Assembly (NCBI GenBank): GCA_021498095.1
Contig: JAIZWK010000001.1
Location: forward strand, 2,550,001 to 2,582,000
Source of the DNA: Candidatus Harpocratesius repetitus
GTDB taxonomy: Archaea; Asgardarchaeota; Lokiarchaeia; Sigyniarchaeales; Promethearchaeaceae
Direction of reading: 5' to 3'
Length of the DNA stretch: 32,000 nucleotides
Made by a program: the position numbers and the translations under genes
The notes under the pieces: model-generated
What the model was told of the DNA's origin: nothing
What the model saw: only the letters and a program-made list of their open reading frames with translations
The model's database searches: none
In this document: positions 1 to 9,441 of the stretch, one piece after another
Position numbering within the stretch: the stretch's first letter is position 1
Layout of the letters: each line of letters starts with the position of its first letter

Positions 1-2
1 TC

Positions 3-659
3 CAACACCTTTTTAAAACCAAATTCGAGATATATTACCCCAAAGATAGCTTCGACCAATGTGCTTTTCTCATGGTTTAGATTTTTCACGTTTTTCGGAT
101 CAATCATCCTGGTTCGCTTTAGTCTATATTCGTATAATCCCCATTTATCACAAATGGTTGCCAAATGATCGTTATTAACAACATTCATCCGCTTTTTTGT
201 CAGTTCGCCAATTTTGGAAATTGAAGAATCCCAAAAGGATTCAATAGTAGCTAAATCTAAAGCAGCATCACCAATTAATGCCAGAGTATCTCCTACGTCC
301 CCTATATTGCACAATTCCTTAAAATCCACGCTTGGAAAAGCAGAATTCTCCTCTTTCTGAAAACGAATTTGTAGTTGTTCGAATAAATTGTTAAGACTAG
401 GGCGACATAGCGCTAAAAAGACCATTTCTGGTGTTTCGAAATGTATTCTTAGTATTTTTTCCAATTTTGGCAATAAAACGGATTCAATCAGTTCTATTGA
501 TTTCAATAAATTTTGTAACTCATCCAAGAAATTCCTAAGAGTTTTTCGGATGTTAGTATATTCTTGTGGTGTTTGGTCAAGTTGTAAAGCAATAAAATTT
601 TTTAATTTCTCGGTTTTTGTAATCAATCCTATTGCATTCCATTTTAGTCGTTTTTCCAT
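3..659 (-). CDS. Mini-III/RNase III-domain protein with ~110 aa N-terminal extension; partial, runs off the left edge; not in ORF track
   Basis: Manual translation from ATG at 659 gives 219 open codons: MEKRLKW...GDTLALIGDAALDLA...GELTKKRMNVVNNDHLA...EKSTLVEAIFGVIYLEFG. These match RNase III motifs in the Mini-III variant (LAxIGDA; STxxEAxxG). Confidence 0.85.
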   Translation of the reverse strand, partial: MEKRLKWNAIGLITKTEKLKNFIALQLDQTPQEYTNIRKTLRNFLDELQNLLKSIELIESVLLPKLEKILRIHFETPEMVFLALCRPSLNNLFEQLQIRFQKEENSAFPSVDFKELCNIGDVGDTLALIGDAALDLATIESFWDSSISKIGELTKKRMNVVNNDHLATICDKWGLYEYRLKRTRMIDPKNVKNLNHEKSTLVEAIFGVIYLEFGFKKVL

Positions 660-898
660 ATTTATCTATTTAGAGATACAAAAAATTGTATTTAAAGATG
701 ACCAATGTAGCATCTTTTGAAGAACTACTTTGTTTTTTCAGTTTATGATTTGGATATTTTTCAACTTCATCATTCTAAAATAAAAAATAATTGTAATCCA
801 AATTTGCTGTTTAAAAAGATATTTTTATATTTCACAAAAACAAACCGTTAATTAATTCTACCTTTCTATAAAAATTATTATCCACATTTCGAATTATT

Positions 899-2152
899 AT
901 GAAAATCTCAATCCAAAAAAAGTTTGAACAATTATCACAGATTTATACTAGAGCATTTGATGCAGAATTTTTGAACACTTCAATGCTCTCGGTTGTGCGT
1001 GCTTATCAGCAAAAAAACATTGCTGATTTAGAAATATGGACATTCATCTGTGCGATCTCAAATTATCAATTAAGTGTGACTAAAAATCTAATTCCAATGA
1101 TGACTGCATTAATGAATCGATTAAACCAAGAAAATTTGTATTATATTGATTTAGTCTATCATCCAGATAAGGCGGAGCAAATTTTATCTTCTTTTCAATG
1201 GGGGAAACATAACTTGGGTTATATTCATCGTTTTTTTCGATATCCCCAGCTGATCATCATAAATAATCAAATTTTGACAATTATAAAAAAATACGAATCT
1301 TTGGGTAAATATATTGAATATTTATACGATTTAGCTCTAAATGCAGATCCCGAATATCCACTCCGCTATATCTTGAAAAATTTTACTGAAAAATTAAGTG
1401 AAGGACTGCCACCAGATTTTCCTCGAGGAATAATTCCAAAATTTCGCAAAGACAATTCTACCGGTCCTATGAAAAGGCTTTGCTTGTTTTTCCGCTGGAT
1501 GGTACGGCCGTATCCAGATTTGCAGAGATGGAACTTTTTTGACCCTCAACATTTGCTCATCCCCTTTGATTCAGGAATAAAGAGAGTTCTGCAACGAGCA
1601 TTCAAAATATCATTAAGAAAATCAGCAAAATTGGAAGATGTTCTTAAAACAACTCGTTTTCTTAAAGAAATTAATCCCAAGGACCCAGTTAAATATGATT
1701 TTATTTTGAGCCGGCCTGCAATTGCTGGTTATTGTCAAAAAGACAAGGATAAAAATTTTTGCTATTACTGTCCGCTTTTTGAATTATGTAGTGAGGCAGC
1801 AAGATTACCTGAAGAAGGAATCGTAAAACCCTTGAGTTCTAAACATGAATCTGAACTCTTTCAGAGATTTTTAAGGTTAAATATTAAGAAATTTGATTTA
1901 GTGGAAACGGAAGTTCCTTTAGGGAATCGTAGGGCTGATGCAGTGCTTCACGTTAAAAGAAATGGGATTTGGGTTGTGGAAGTTGAAAATGAATTGAATT
2001 ATACGGCGGTTGGTCAAGCTTTACTTTACAAAAAACTTTATGAAGATAAATTCAACACAAATGTTGAGCCAGTGATCATTTGCGGAAAATCAACCCCGGA
2101 TATCGAACGTTGTTGCAAATTGGATGCTGGAATCAGAGTATTAACAATATAA
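899..2152 (+). CDS. TIGR02757/DUF2400 (HhH-GPD-like) protein fused to an EndoIII-type 4-Cys motif and a C-terminal PD-(D/E)xK nuclease domain
   Basis: KRLCLFFRWMVR, LLIPFDSGIKRV and PKDPVKYDF match the DUF2400 signature. C-x8-C-x2-C-x5-C follows, then ETEV...RADAV...VVEVE...AVGQALLY. Confidence 0.8.
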   Translation: MKISIQKKFEQLSQIYTRAFDAEFLNTSMLSVVRAYQQKNIADLEIWTFICAISNYQLSVTKNLIPMMTALMNRLNQENLYYIDLVYHPDKAEQILSSFQWGKHNLGYIHRFFRYPQLIIINNQILTIIKKYESLGKYIEYLYDLALNADPEYPLRYILKNFTEKLSEGLPPDFPRGIIPKFRKDNSTGPMKRLCLFFRWMVRPYPDLQRWNFFDPQHLLIPFDSGIKRVLQRAFKISLRKSAKLEDVLKTTRFLKEINPKDPVKYDFILSRPAIAGYCQKDKDKNFCYYCPLFELCSEAARLPEEGIVKPLSSKHESELFQRFLRLNIKKFDLVETEVPLGNRRADAVLHVKRNGIWVVEVENELNYTAVGQALLYKKLYEDKFNTNVEPVIICGKSTPDIERCCKLDAGIRVLTI

Positions 2153-2503
2153 TTAACATTTTTTTCCTCATAGCGTATGATCCTTTTTCAGTATACTTTT
2201 AAAGTTTGAAGTAATTTTTTGATATATCTTAGTAAAACGATTATATTAATTCTGTGTGTACGTAAATCGTGAGTTTTTCTCTCATTATTTCTCACAAAAG
2301 CCCATAACTCAAATTTAGAAAGAATTTTCTATCTATTCATCAAATGTTATTGCATCCTAAATTCTAAATCCTTTAAAATATCATAGTTTTGCGGGATTTT
2401 AAATACTGCCAAACAACTGATGGTTGATAATTGTTTCACAAAATGTAATTTTAGGTAAAAAATCACACAAATTAAGTAAATTGAGAAAGAACTGATAGTG
2501 CTA

Positions 2504-4090
2504 TCAAGGAGAAAAATTATCTAATTCTTTTTCTAAATTTGGTGTAATCCCCCCATGCTTGGATAGTCGATCACTTCTAATTTTTGTTGGTAAACTTAGT
2601 AATACTGAAGGTCCAAAAATGAAAGCTTCACCAGGAGATAATGATCTTATTTGAATTAAATCTGAATCACTGATATATTCAGATATACCCTTTACATACC
2701 TTTGATCATCAGGGTTAGTCAATCTCATTACAATTTGAGTATTGCATTGTGAAAGGACGTCAGAGTCTAATCTACTAGGTCGTTGACTTACTACACCCAT
2801 GCCCATAAGAAATTTTCTACCTTCTTGAGCTAATCTTTTAAGTGCAGGTTTGCTAGCGGAACTTTCAGCACTTCCTGGAATAAATCTATGAGCTTCTTCA
2901 AAAATACATAAAGCGGGAGGTAATTTTCTAAAAATTCGCTCATTTAAGATTTTTTCAGTGATCATTGCTACAAAAGCTTGCTGATATACATTAGATAAAT
3001 TACTTAAATCCATAATAGAAATTTGACCTTTTTTCACAATTTCTTTATAATCTAAAACTTTATCATTTACTTCTTTCTGTAAGAATGGGGTATGAGTAAT
3101 TAATAATTTGAATTTCTGTATCAAAGTTTTTTTTGCTGTTTTTGTCGAAACATCACTATTATTACATACTTTTGTGAAGTCCTCTAAAACTTGAAAATCT
3201 CTACCTTTGTTTTCAATTTTAAAATCACCCCAAACATCTTGTAATATTCGAGTTTGTGCTTCACTTAATCCATACAATGTGTTTAACAAATAAGAAATTT
3301 GATAATATTCCATTTCTCTAACTCTTGTGGCAATTCTAACAGAATTTCTATCGAAATCATACTTTTTTTTAAAATTTTCATCAATTATATTAATAACTTG
3401 AGAATTGCCTGTTGTAAATATTTTTACACTTGAAGAAAAATAACTATCTTTTGGATTTTCAGGTATTTTCAATGTAGAATACTCACTATGTGGATCAAAT
3501 ATAATAATCGGAAAATCAGGTATTGCTTCTTTTAATCTTTCAATTATTGTTGCAACTGTCCATGACTTTCCTGCCCCAGTCATTGCTAATATAGCAAAAT
3601 GCATTGATATTATTTTTTCAACATTAACAAAAATTGAAATTTCTTCATTTTGGATAAAATTTCCAATTTTAATGCAAGTTTCATCATTGAATGATAATTG
3701 CTCTTCTAAGAAAGATGGAGCAACTAGAAATACTTTACTACCTAATTTTGGAGGAACTTTCTTTCTAACAAAGATAGAGTTTTTGAGATTTGGATTTCTT
3801 CTTCCAATGACTTCTACTTTGCATACTAAGTAATCTTCAAAATCGCCAATAATTGCTTCGCGTTCTATATCATCATTTTCAAAAATCGTTGTTAAATTTA
3901 CCGCACCATTTTCATTTATTAATGGATTTGAACTTTCTATTGAGGAGATACGACCTAATTGCCGAAAATTATCTGAATAAAATTCAACTATATCCCCTAA
4001 TGATAACCTTAATCCAGGTTTTGATACGAAATTAAATTGTGAAAATCCTTCTGTTTTGAATATTACACCAATCATCTTTTTTGATTTCAT
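2504..4090 (-). CDS. herA: HerA-family ATPase/helicase with N-terminal HAS barrel
   Basis: HFAILAMTGAGKS (Walker A), IFDPHSEY, IFEEAHRF (Walker B), EGRKF...VSQRPS.LD..VLSQCNTQI.MRL.NP.D. ATGA overlap with nurA at 4087-4090. Confidence 0.93.
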   Translation of the reverse strand: MKSKKMIGVIFKTEGFSQFNFVSKPGLRLSLGDIVEFYSDNFRQLGRISSIESSNPLINENGAVNLTTIFENDDIEREAIIGDFEDYLVCKVEVIGRRNPNLKNSIFVRKKVPPKLGSKVFLVAPSFLEEQLSFNDETCIKIGNFIQNEEISIFVNVEKIISMHFAILAMTGAGKSWTVATIIERLKEAIPDFPIIIFDPHSEYSTLKIPENPKDSYFSSSVKIFTTGNSQVINIIDENFKKKYDFDRNSVRIATRVREMEYYQISYLLNTLYGLSEAQTRILQDVWGDFKIENKGRDFQVLEDFTKVCNNSDVSTKTAKKTLIQKFKLLITHTPFLQKEVNDKVLDYKEIVKKGQISIMDLSNLSNVYQQAFVAMITEKILNERIFRKLPPALCIFEEAHRFIPGSAESSASKPALKRLAQEGRKFLMGMGVVSQRPSRLDSDVLSQCNTQIVMRLTNPDDQRYVKGISEYISDSDLIQIRSLSPGEAFIFGPSVLLSLPTKIRSDRLSKHGGITPNLEKELDNFSP

Positions 4091-5253
4091 AAATATTCCC
4101 TTATTTTATTTTGTTCAAAAATTTGTAAAACATCAAAAATTTCATTTTTTTTACAGTTATTAATAAAGAAGTATTCTAACAAAGAAATTAATTTCCTACC
4201 TTGAATTTTTGTCATTGTTATTTTCTTGTGAGCATAAATTAAAGGCAAAGGATAACCCAATATTGTTGAATTTCTTGAAAAATAATAAAGTGAATCTAGA
4301 ACCTTTTTTTTTCTAGAATCCTCGGAAATTGCCCATTTAGGTATTTCTACAAAATAAAAATTGTTTGATTTATCAATTTTATAATACATTGCAAGAATAT
4401 TCTCATTGTCTAAATCTTTAATTTCAGTTTTACCTCTTAATCCATATTTTTCTGATAATACAACAAAGGGTGTTCGATATGAGCCTTTCTTATTTTTAAA
4501 TATATAATTGATAATACTTTGTTCATTCATTTTTATAGGATCTATTTTATTTATCAATTGTTTGATTGTCTCATTATATTCATTTTTTTGCATTAGAAAT
4601 TTATCTATTTCTGATATGGTCATTTGATTCAATATTTTTTTTTGTGCTAATAGATATTTATTAGAAGTAGGTTGTTTTATCACAGCAATTAACCCAATTT
4701 TCAATCTTCTAATCATTGAAAACAATTCATTTGCAATTTTCTTATATTCATCAATTGCTAATTTTAGCTCGTTATCGAATTTTGTTTCGTTAAAATTAAA
4801 ATTCATTTTGTTCGGATATGATATTGATCCGTCGATAAAAATAATATCAATATTAATCCCGTTTTCTAATGATTGATTCAATGCAGCCAAAATTGATTTA
4901 TATTCAATTACTTTTTGGTAAATCGAATGAATGAAGTCAGAATTATAATTGTTAGTAATTGTATATTTAGATAGAAATTTGATTCTTTTTTTTTTGCTTT
5001 CATATACTCCTGCAGCAGCAAAACTAATAGCAAAACTTCTAAAATTTTGTTTAATCACTGTTCCATCCGTAACTAAATAATTAATTTCTGGAACGTTTGA
5101 ACTAGGTTTAAACGGAATAAGATAATTATCAGAATATTCATTTGATAATTTATGATATTTTTTTATGTCTTTAATAAGAGACTTACCTTGGTTTAAAAAG
5201 AAATTGAAAAGTTCTAACCTAAAACTTCTTATATCGTTATCATAAATATACAT
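4087..5253 (-). CDS. nurA: NurA-family 5'-3' nuclease
   Basis: LVTDGT, IFIDGSI, IAVIK and GYPLPLIYAH motifs; coupled to herA; GGAG upstream. Confidence 0.85.
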   Translation of the reverse strand: MYIYDNDIRSFRLELFNFFLNQGKSLIKDIKKYHKLSNEYSDNYLIPFKPSSNVPEINYLVTDGTVIKQNFRSFAISFAAAGVYESKKKRIKFLSKYTITNNYNSDFIHSIYQKVIEYKSILAALNQSLENGINIDIIFIDGSISYPNKMNFNFNETKFDNELKLAIDEYKKIANELFSMIRRLKIGLIAVIKQPTSNKYLLAQKKILNQMTISEIDKFLMQKNEYNETIKQLINKIDPIKMNEQSIINYIFKNKKGSYRTPFVVLSEKYGLRGKTEIKDLDNENILAMYYKIDKSNNFYFVEIPKWAISEDSRKKKVLDSLYYFSRNSTILGYPLPLIYAHKKITMTKIQGRKLISLLEYFFINNCKKNEIFDVLQIFEQNKIREYL

Positions 5254-5272
5254 ATCAATTCTCCAAATTATT

Positions 5273-8200
5273 TTATTTTTTTAATCTCTCTTTTATATCC
5301 AACAATGTTGGCCAGAATTTTTTTATATTCAAGTATATTTTATCAAAATCTCTACCAAGATATTTTGCAAATTCAAATATGTTGTTTAAATTCTTGAAAA
5401 TATTTTTTAGATATTTTGATTCTTCAAAATAACCGGTTTTTAATTCAGGCGCCATCAATATTATCCATTTAAATTCTTTTTGTAAATCTTTATTATTTTT
5501 GAATTCGTCAATAATTCTTTCAAAGTTTTGAGATCTTTTTTGTATATAATTTGAAACATACGAAAATTTGTGTTGGTAAAAATTATCTATTAATTCATTT
5601 TCCTGGATTTCTGTATTTTTTAATAATAAAGCAGGGGAATCATTGTAAATTTTCATTAAAACTTCTTCAAGTATTGAAGTTTCTGATGAAATTTGTTGAT
5701 CCTCATCATGGTTCATAATATTATTCTTCAATGAAATCGTGTCATTGAAAATATGTTCTTTTATTAAATTAATTTTTTCAAAATTCCAATTTATGGATTC
5801 AATCAAATGTATTATTATATCAGGATATAATATTTCTTGAATGATTTTTTTTGTTATCAGTTTATCTTTAAATAGATAATCTATAATTTCATCATTTTTT
5901 ATCTCTTCATTTAATGCATCTTCAATTTGACATTGAATTGAAATAAGAAAATCAATAGATTCTTCGGATAAATTAAATTTATTGAAGGTTACAATGATAG
6001 AACTGAGAATTGCAAATAAGTCATCTGAATTTAAATCTTGACTATGGTTTTTTATTTTTTTTCCAAGATCAAAAGCGTTTAAATAAATTTCAAAATCATT
6101 ATAAAACGAATTTATTGTTTGATTTATTGAAGATAAACCATATTTTTCATTAACGGTTTGAAAAAATCTTTTTGGTAAATATAAATCAGATGAGAATAGA
6201 AGAAACTCAAGAATTAAATTTAATGACCGCTCGTTTAAAGGTTTTATTTTGAAATTCAAAATTTTAGTGTAAATTGATTCAGGTATGTTAAATTTTTTAA
6301 GTACAATAGGCAATGATGGAATTGCTTCAAAATATTTATGAATTTTTCTAATTTTTTCAGTACTTAACAAATATTTTTCTATTTCATTGGTCAGAAATTC
6401 TTCTTGATCTTTAATTTCTTTAATTCGTTCTTTTATGAAACTATTAAATCTTTCTGATAAAGAATAAATAATTTTTAAATCAGAATTTTTGATTCTTAAA
6501 TTTTTGATTTTGTCTTCTTCTATATTTTCAAGTTTAATAAGTTTAAGAAAATCGGTTTTCAAAGCATTTTCAATTATAATTTCATTGAAATTTTTATCCT
6601 CTTCATTTCTTAGGCAAAAAATTTCAAACATTAGCGTTTTTTTGCATACTTCGTCTTGATTGATAAGTTTTAGGCAATATTCATCTAATTTTTCATTTGT
6701 TTTATTTGACAGAAAATTAATATAATGATTCCTCAATCTATTTTGGTTACTAATCTTTAAATATTCTTTTTCAATCGAATTCCATAATTTTTTAAATTTA
6801 ATAACTAAATCAATATCTAAATCTATAATATCCCTTATATATCTAAGTGTTTTCTTAAGAATTTTATTCAACATTACTTTTTGTTTCGTAGTTTCTAAAT
6901 CTAGCTCCACAAAAGAAATTGAATGTTTATTTATATACTCCTCTTTATAAATTTCTGAATTTAAAACTTGGTCAATAAAATTCAGTTTTTGTCTATCTTT
7001 TTCATCTCTAGTTAAATTCAAATTAATCTTGTGTTCTGCTAAAAGACTTTTTATTTTTTTATAAATGTCTATGGGATTTTGGAAAGTATAATTAATCTTA
7101 TTATTTTCGTCTGTGTTTTTTTCGATTAAAGTTAAACAAATTAATTCAGTAATTAATGTACTAATTAGCGATATATTATCGTGAGTAGGAATAATGAAAT
7201 ATTGTGCGATGATTAATTCCAAGTTTTCATGAGAAATTTTTTGTCCAGGGAATTTATCAAGTATTTGAATTAATTTCCAACACGATTTCGAAATTCTGAA
7301 ATCTGATATTTTAAAAGAAGATTGTTCGAACTCAAAATATTCATTAAGATACCGTATTTTTAAAATAGAATTTTCTACAGTACTAACATCTAAATTATAA
7401 TTTTGAACGTAATCCTCAAAACCAAGATATTCATTGTCATTGGGAGATAATAATTTTTTCATCGATATATCGTCGATTATTTTTTCATATAAGGAAAAGA
7501 ACTTTGGCCATTTCGTTCTCTTCTTTTTTACACCATAAATTGAATAAGTTAAACCTTTGTCAAAAGAATAGTCAGAATATGAATTAATAATTTCAAGAGG
7601 CGAAAGAAAGTTCAATTTCACATCCTTGTGATCAGAAATTAATTTACCTAATTGGTCAATTTCGATTTTATCAAAAAAAACTCTCCTTGGATTATCGAAA
7701 TATTGGAAATCACGCTCATAAAACCGATTTGAAGAGATATCAAAATTTGGATTTATTAAACAATATATTATATTGACAGGTTTTTTAATTTCATTTATTT
7801 TCTCAAAATTAGCAATTTTTTCATTCCAACTAATGAAATTATTCAAAAATTCATCCCATTTGATATTTATTTCATTAAATTTTTCTGAATAATAGCAAAT
7901 TCTTATAATAAAAGTATCATCTTTTATTTCAATTTTAAGATCTAAATATGAAATTTTATAATTTTCTATAACTGTGTTTTTTCGGAATATAAAATCTAAG
8001 GAGATTAATTGATTTTCCATAAGGTTTCCATTATATTTTTCCCAAATACTTTCTAAAACACGTGTTTGTTGATCAAAGTAGTCTAAATCATTAAATTCTA
8101 ATAATTCATCTAAATAGGGGTTCTTTTTTCCAATAATTGAGCCATATAAGCCTTGTAAATATATATCCTTCAATCTAATAAATTTTGTTAATTTATTTTC

Positions 8201-9439
8201 AAATTTATCTTTCAATTTCTCAATGATTGATATATGGATTGGTGGAAAAAGGATGATATATGTTTCATATGTTTTAGAATTAACTGGATAAATCCAATTT
8301 CTGATAACTTCTAGCTCGCTTAATTCAGAGATCAATTCTTTATTATTTTTAGTGAATCTATCCAAATCTAATTTATCAATTTCTATTCCTGGAATTATAG
8401 AAAAATAATCACTTATTTCTTTATTTATTTCGATAAAATTGAAAAAATCTGGCTCCAATGTATTAGTATTTTTCCAAAAGGGGAAAAAAATAAATTCTTT
8501 TAGTTCTTGTGCATAATTTTTTCCAATTTTATTAAAACTCTTCTCTAATTCGCTGTAAAGCTTTAGATTATTAAAAGCTAAAGCAGAAAATTCTAGATTT
8601 TCGTTGTCATTTTGAAATTTAAATTGAAATTCTTCACCACAAAGGAATTTTTTAATGAATTCTAATGTAATCTTTGAATTTTTACTAAGATTCATTAAAT
8701 TATACAAAGTTTGAACAAAAAACCTACCAATTGGTTGTTTTTTAGATTTATCCTTTAATAGTGTAGAACTTATTTTGCTTTGAAAAGCATAAACAATATC
8801 GATAATCTCTATAGGCAATATTTCTTGTGGATTAGAGAAATTTTTGCTAAGATATCGATAAGCAATTTCTCGGGCATTGCTAAGAGATAATCTACTGAGG
8901 GATATTTTTCTCTGAGGATTTATTCTTTGATAGACGTCACCAACAGCTTGAAAGGAATGAATTACGGAATGATGAAGTGAAAGAACTAACCCAATTTTAT
9001 GAGAATCAATTCCATCATTTAAATACTCATTACTTCCCAAATTTCTAATTAATTCAGTAAATTTAATAAATTCATCTGAAAGTACTTGATTTTCATTTCC
9101 TAAAATTAACTGAATTTCATCAATCAAAATTATTAATCCCTTCGAAATTTCTTTTGAATTGAAAAACTCCCGAATTAAATTTTCTAATTTTGTTATTTCT
9201 CTATTTTTTACCCATAATATATGATAACCTTCTGACTTAAGTTTATTTTCAAAATATTTCAAGACTGTTGTTTTACCAGTTCCATACTCCCCTAATATAG
9301 GTTGTATAATAAATTGGTTTCCAACATTTTTAAGATGGATAATTGCATCTTTTATTTCTTTTTCATGCCCTACAGGTTCTATCGAAATTTGATCTGGAAT
9401 TCCTGTTGAAGGAAATGGATTAGATTTGGCAAATTCCAT
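5273..9439 (-). CDS. Large P-loop AAA+-type ATPase (N-terminal NTPase, long helical/coiled-coil C-terminus)
   Basis: ILGEYGTGKTTVL (Walker A) and IILIDEIQ (Walker B) in the first ~110 aa; no recognised catalytic motif later. GGAGG upstream, 2-nt gap from the previous gene. Confidence 0.8.
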   Translation of the reverse strand: MEFAKSNPFPSTGIPDQISIEPVGHEKEIKDAIIHLKNVGNQFIIQPILGEYGTGKTTVLKYFENKLKSEGYHILWVKNREITKLENLIREFFNSKEISKGLIILIDEIQLILGNENQVLSDEFIKFTELIRNLGSNEYLNDGIDSHKIGLVLSLHHSVIHSFQAVGDVYQRINPQRKISLSRLSLSNAREIAYRYLSKNFSNPQEILPIEIIDIVYAFQSKISSTLLKDKSKKQPIGRFFVQTLYNLMNLSKNSKITLEFIKKFLCGEEFQFKFQNDNENLEFSALAFNNLKLYSELEKSFNKIGKNYAQELKEFIFFPFWKNTNTLEPDFFNFIEINKEISDYFSIIPGIEIDKLDLDRFTKNNKELISELSELEVIRNWIYPVNSKTYETYIILFPPIHISIIEKLKDKFENKLTKFIRLKDIYLQGLYGSIIGKKNPYLDELLEFNDLDYFDQQTRVLESIWEKYNGNLMENQLISLDFIFRKNTVIENYKISYLDLKIEIKDDTFIIRICYYSEKFNEINIKWDEFLNNFISWNEKIANFEKINEIKKPVNIIYCLINPNFDISSNRFYERDFQYFDNPRRVFFDKIEIDQLGKLISDHKDVKLNFLSPLEIINSYSDYSFDKGLTYSIYGVKKKRTKWPKFFSLYEKIIDDISMKKLLSPNDNEYLGFEDYVQNYNLDVSTVENSILKIRYLNEYFEFEQSSFKISDFRISKSCWKLIQILDKFPGQKISHENLELIIAQYFIIPTHDNISLISTLITELICLTLIEKNTDENNKINYTFQNPIDIYKKIKSLLAEHKINLNLTRDEKDRQKLNFIDQVLNSEIYKEEYINKHSISFVELDLETTKQKVMLNKILKKTLRYIRDIIDLDIDLVIKFKKLWNSIEKEYLKISNQNRLRNHYINFLSNKTNEKLDEYCLKLINQDEVCKKTLMFEIFCLRNEEDKNFNEIIIENALKTDFLKLIKLENIEEDKIKNLRIKNSDLKIIYSLSERFNSFIKERIKEIKDQEEFLTNEIEKYLLSTEKIRKIHKYFEAIPSLPIVLKKFNIPESIYTKILNFKIKPLNERSLNLILEFLLFSSDLYLPKRFFQTVNEKYGLSSINQTINSFYNDFEIYLNAFDLGKKIKNHSQDLNSDDLFAILSSIIVTFNKFNLSEESIDFLISIQCQIEDALNEEIKNDEIIDYLFKDKLITKKIIQEILYPDIIIHLIESINWNFEKINLIKEHIFNDTISLKNNIMNHDEDQQISSETSILEEVLMKIYNDSPALLLKNTEIQENELIDNFYQHKFSYVSNYIQKRSQNFERIIDEFKNNKDLQKEFKWIILMAPELKTGYFEESKYLKNIFKNLNNIFEFAKYLGRDFDKIYLNIKKFWPTLLDIKERLKK

Positions 9440-9441
9440 TA

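Noticed and set aside
388-720. 110-aa + strand ORF
   Set aside because: Antisense shadow of the RNase III-like gene, which has clear motifs.
2504-5253. Housekeeping HerA-NurA-Mre11-Rad50 resection operon
   Set aside because: No Mre11 phosphoesterase or Rad50 ABC motifs in the window, and the 1388-aa protein has adjacent Walker A/B, unlike Rad50/SMC.
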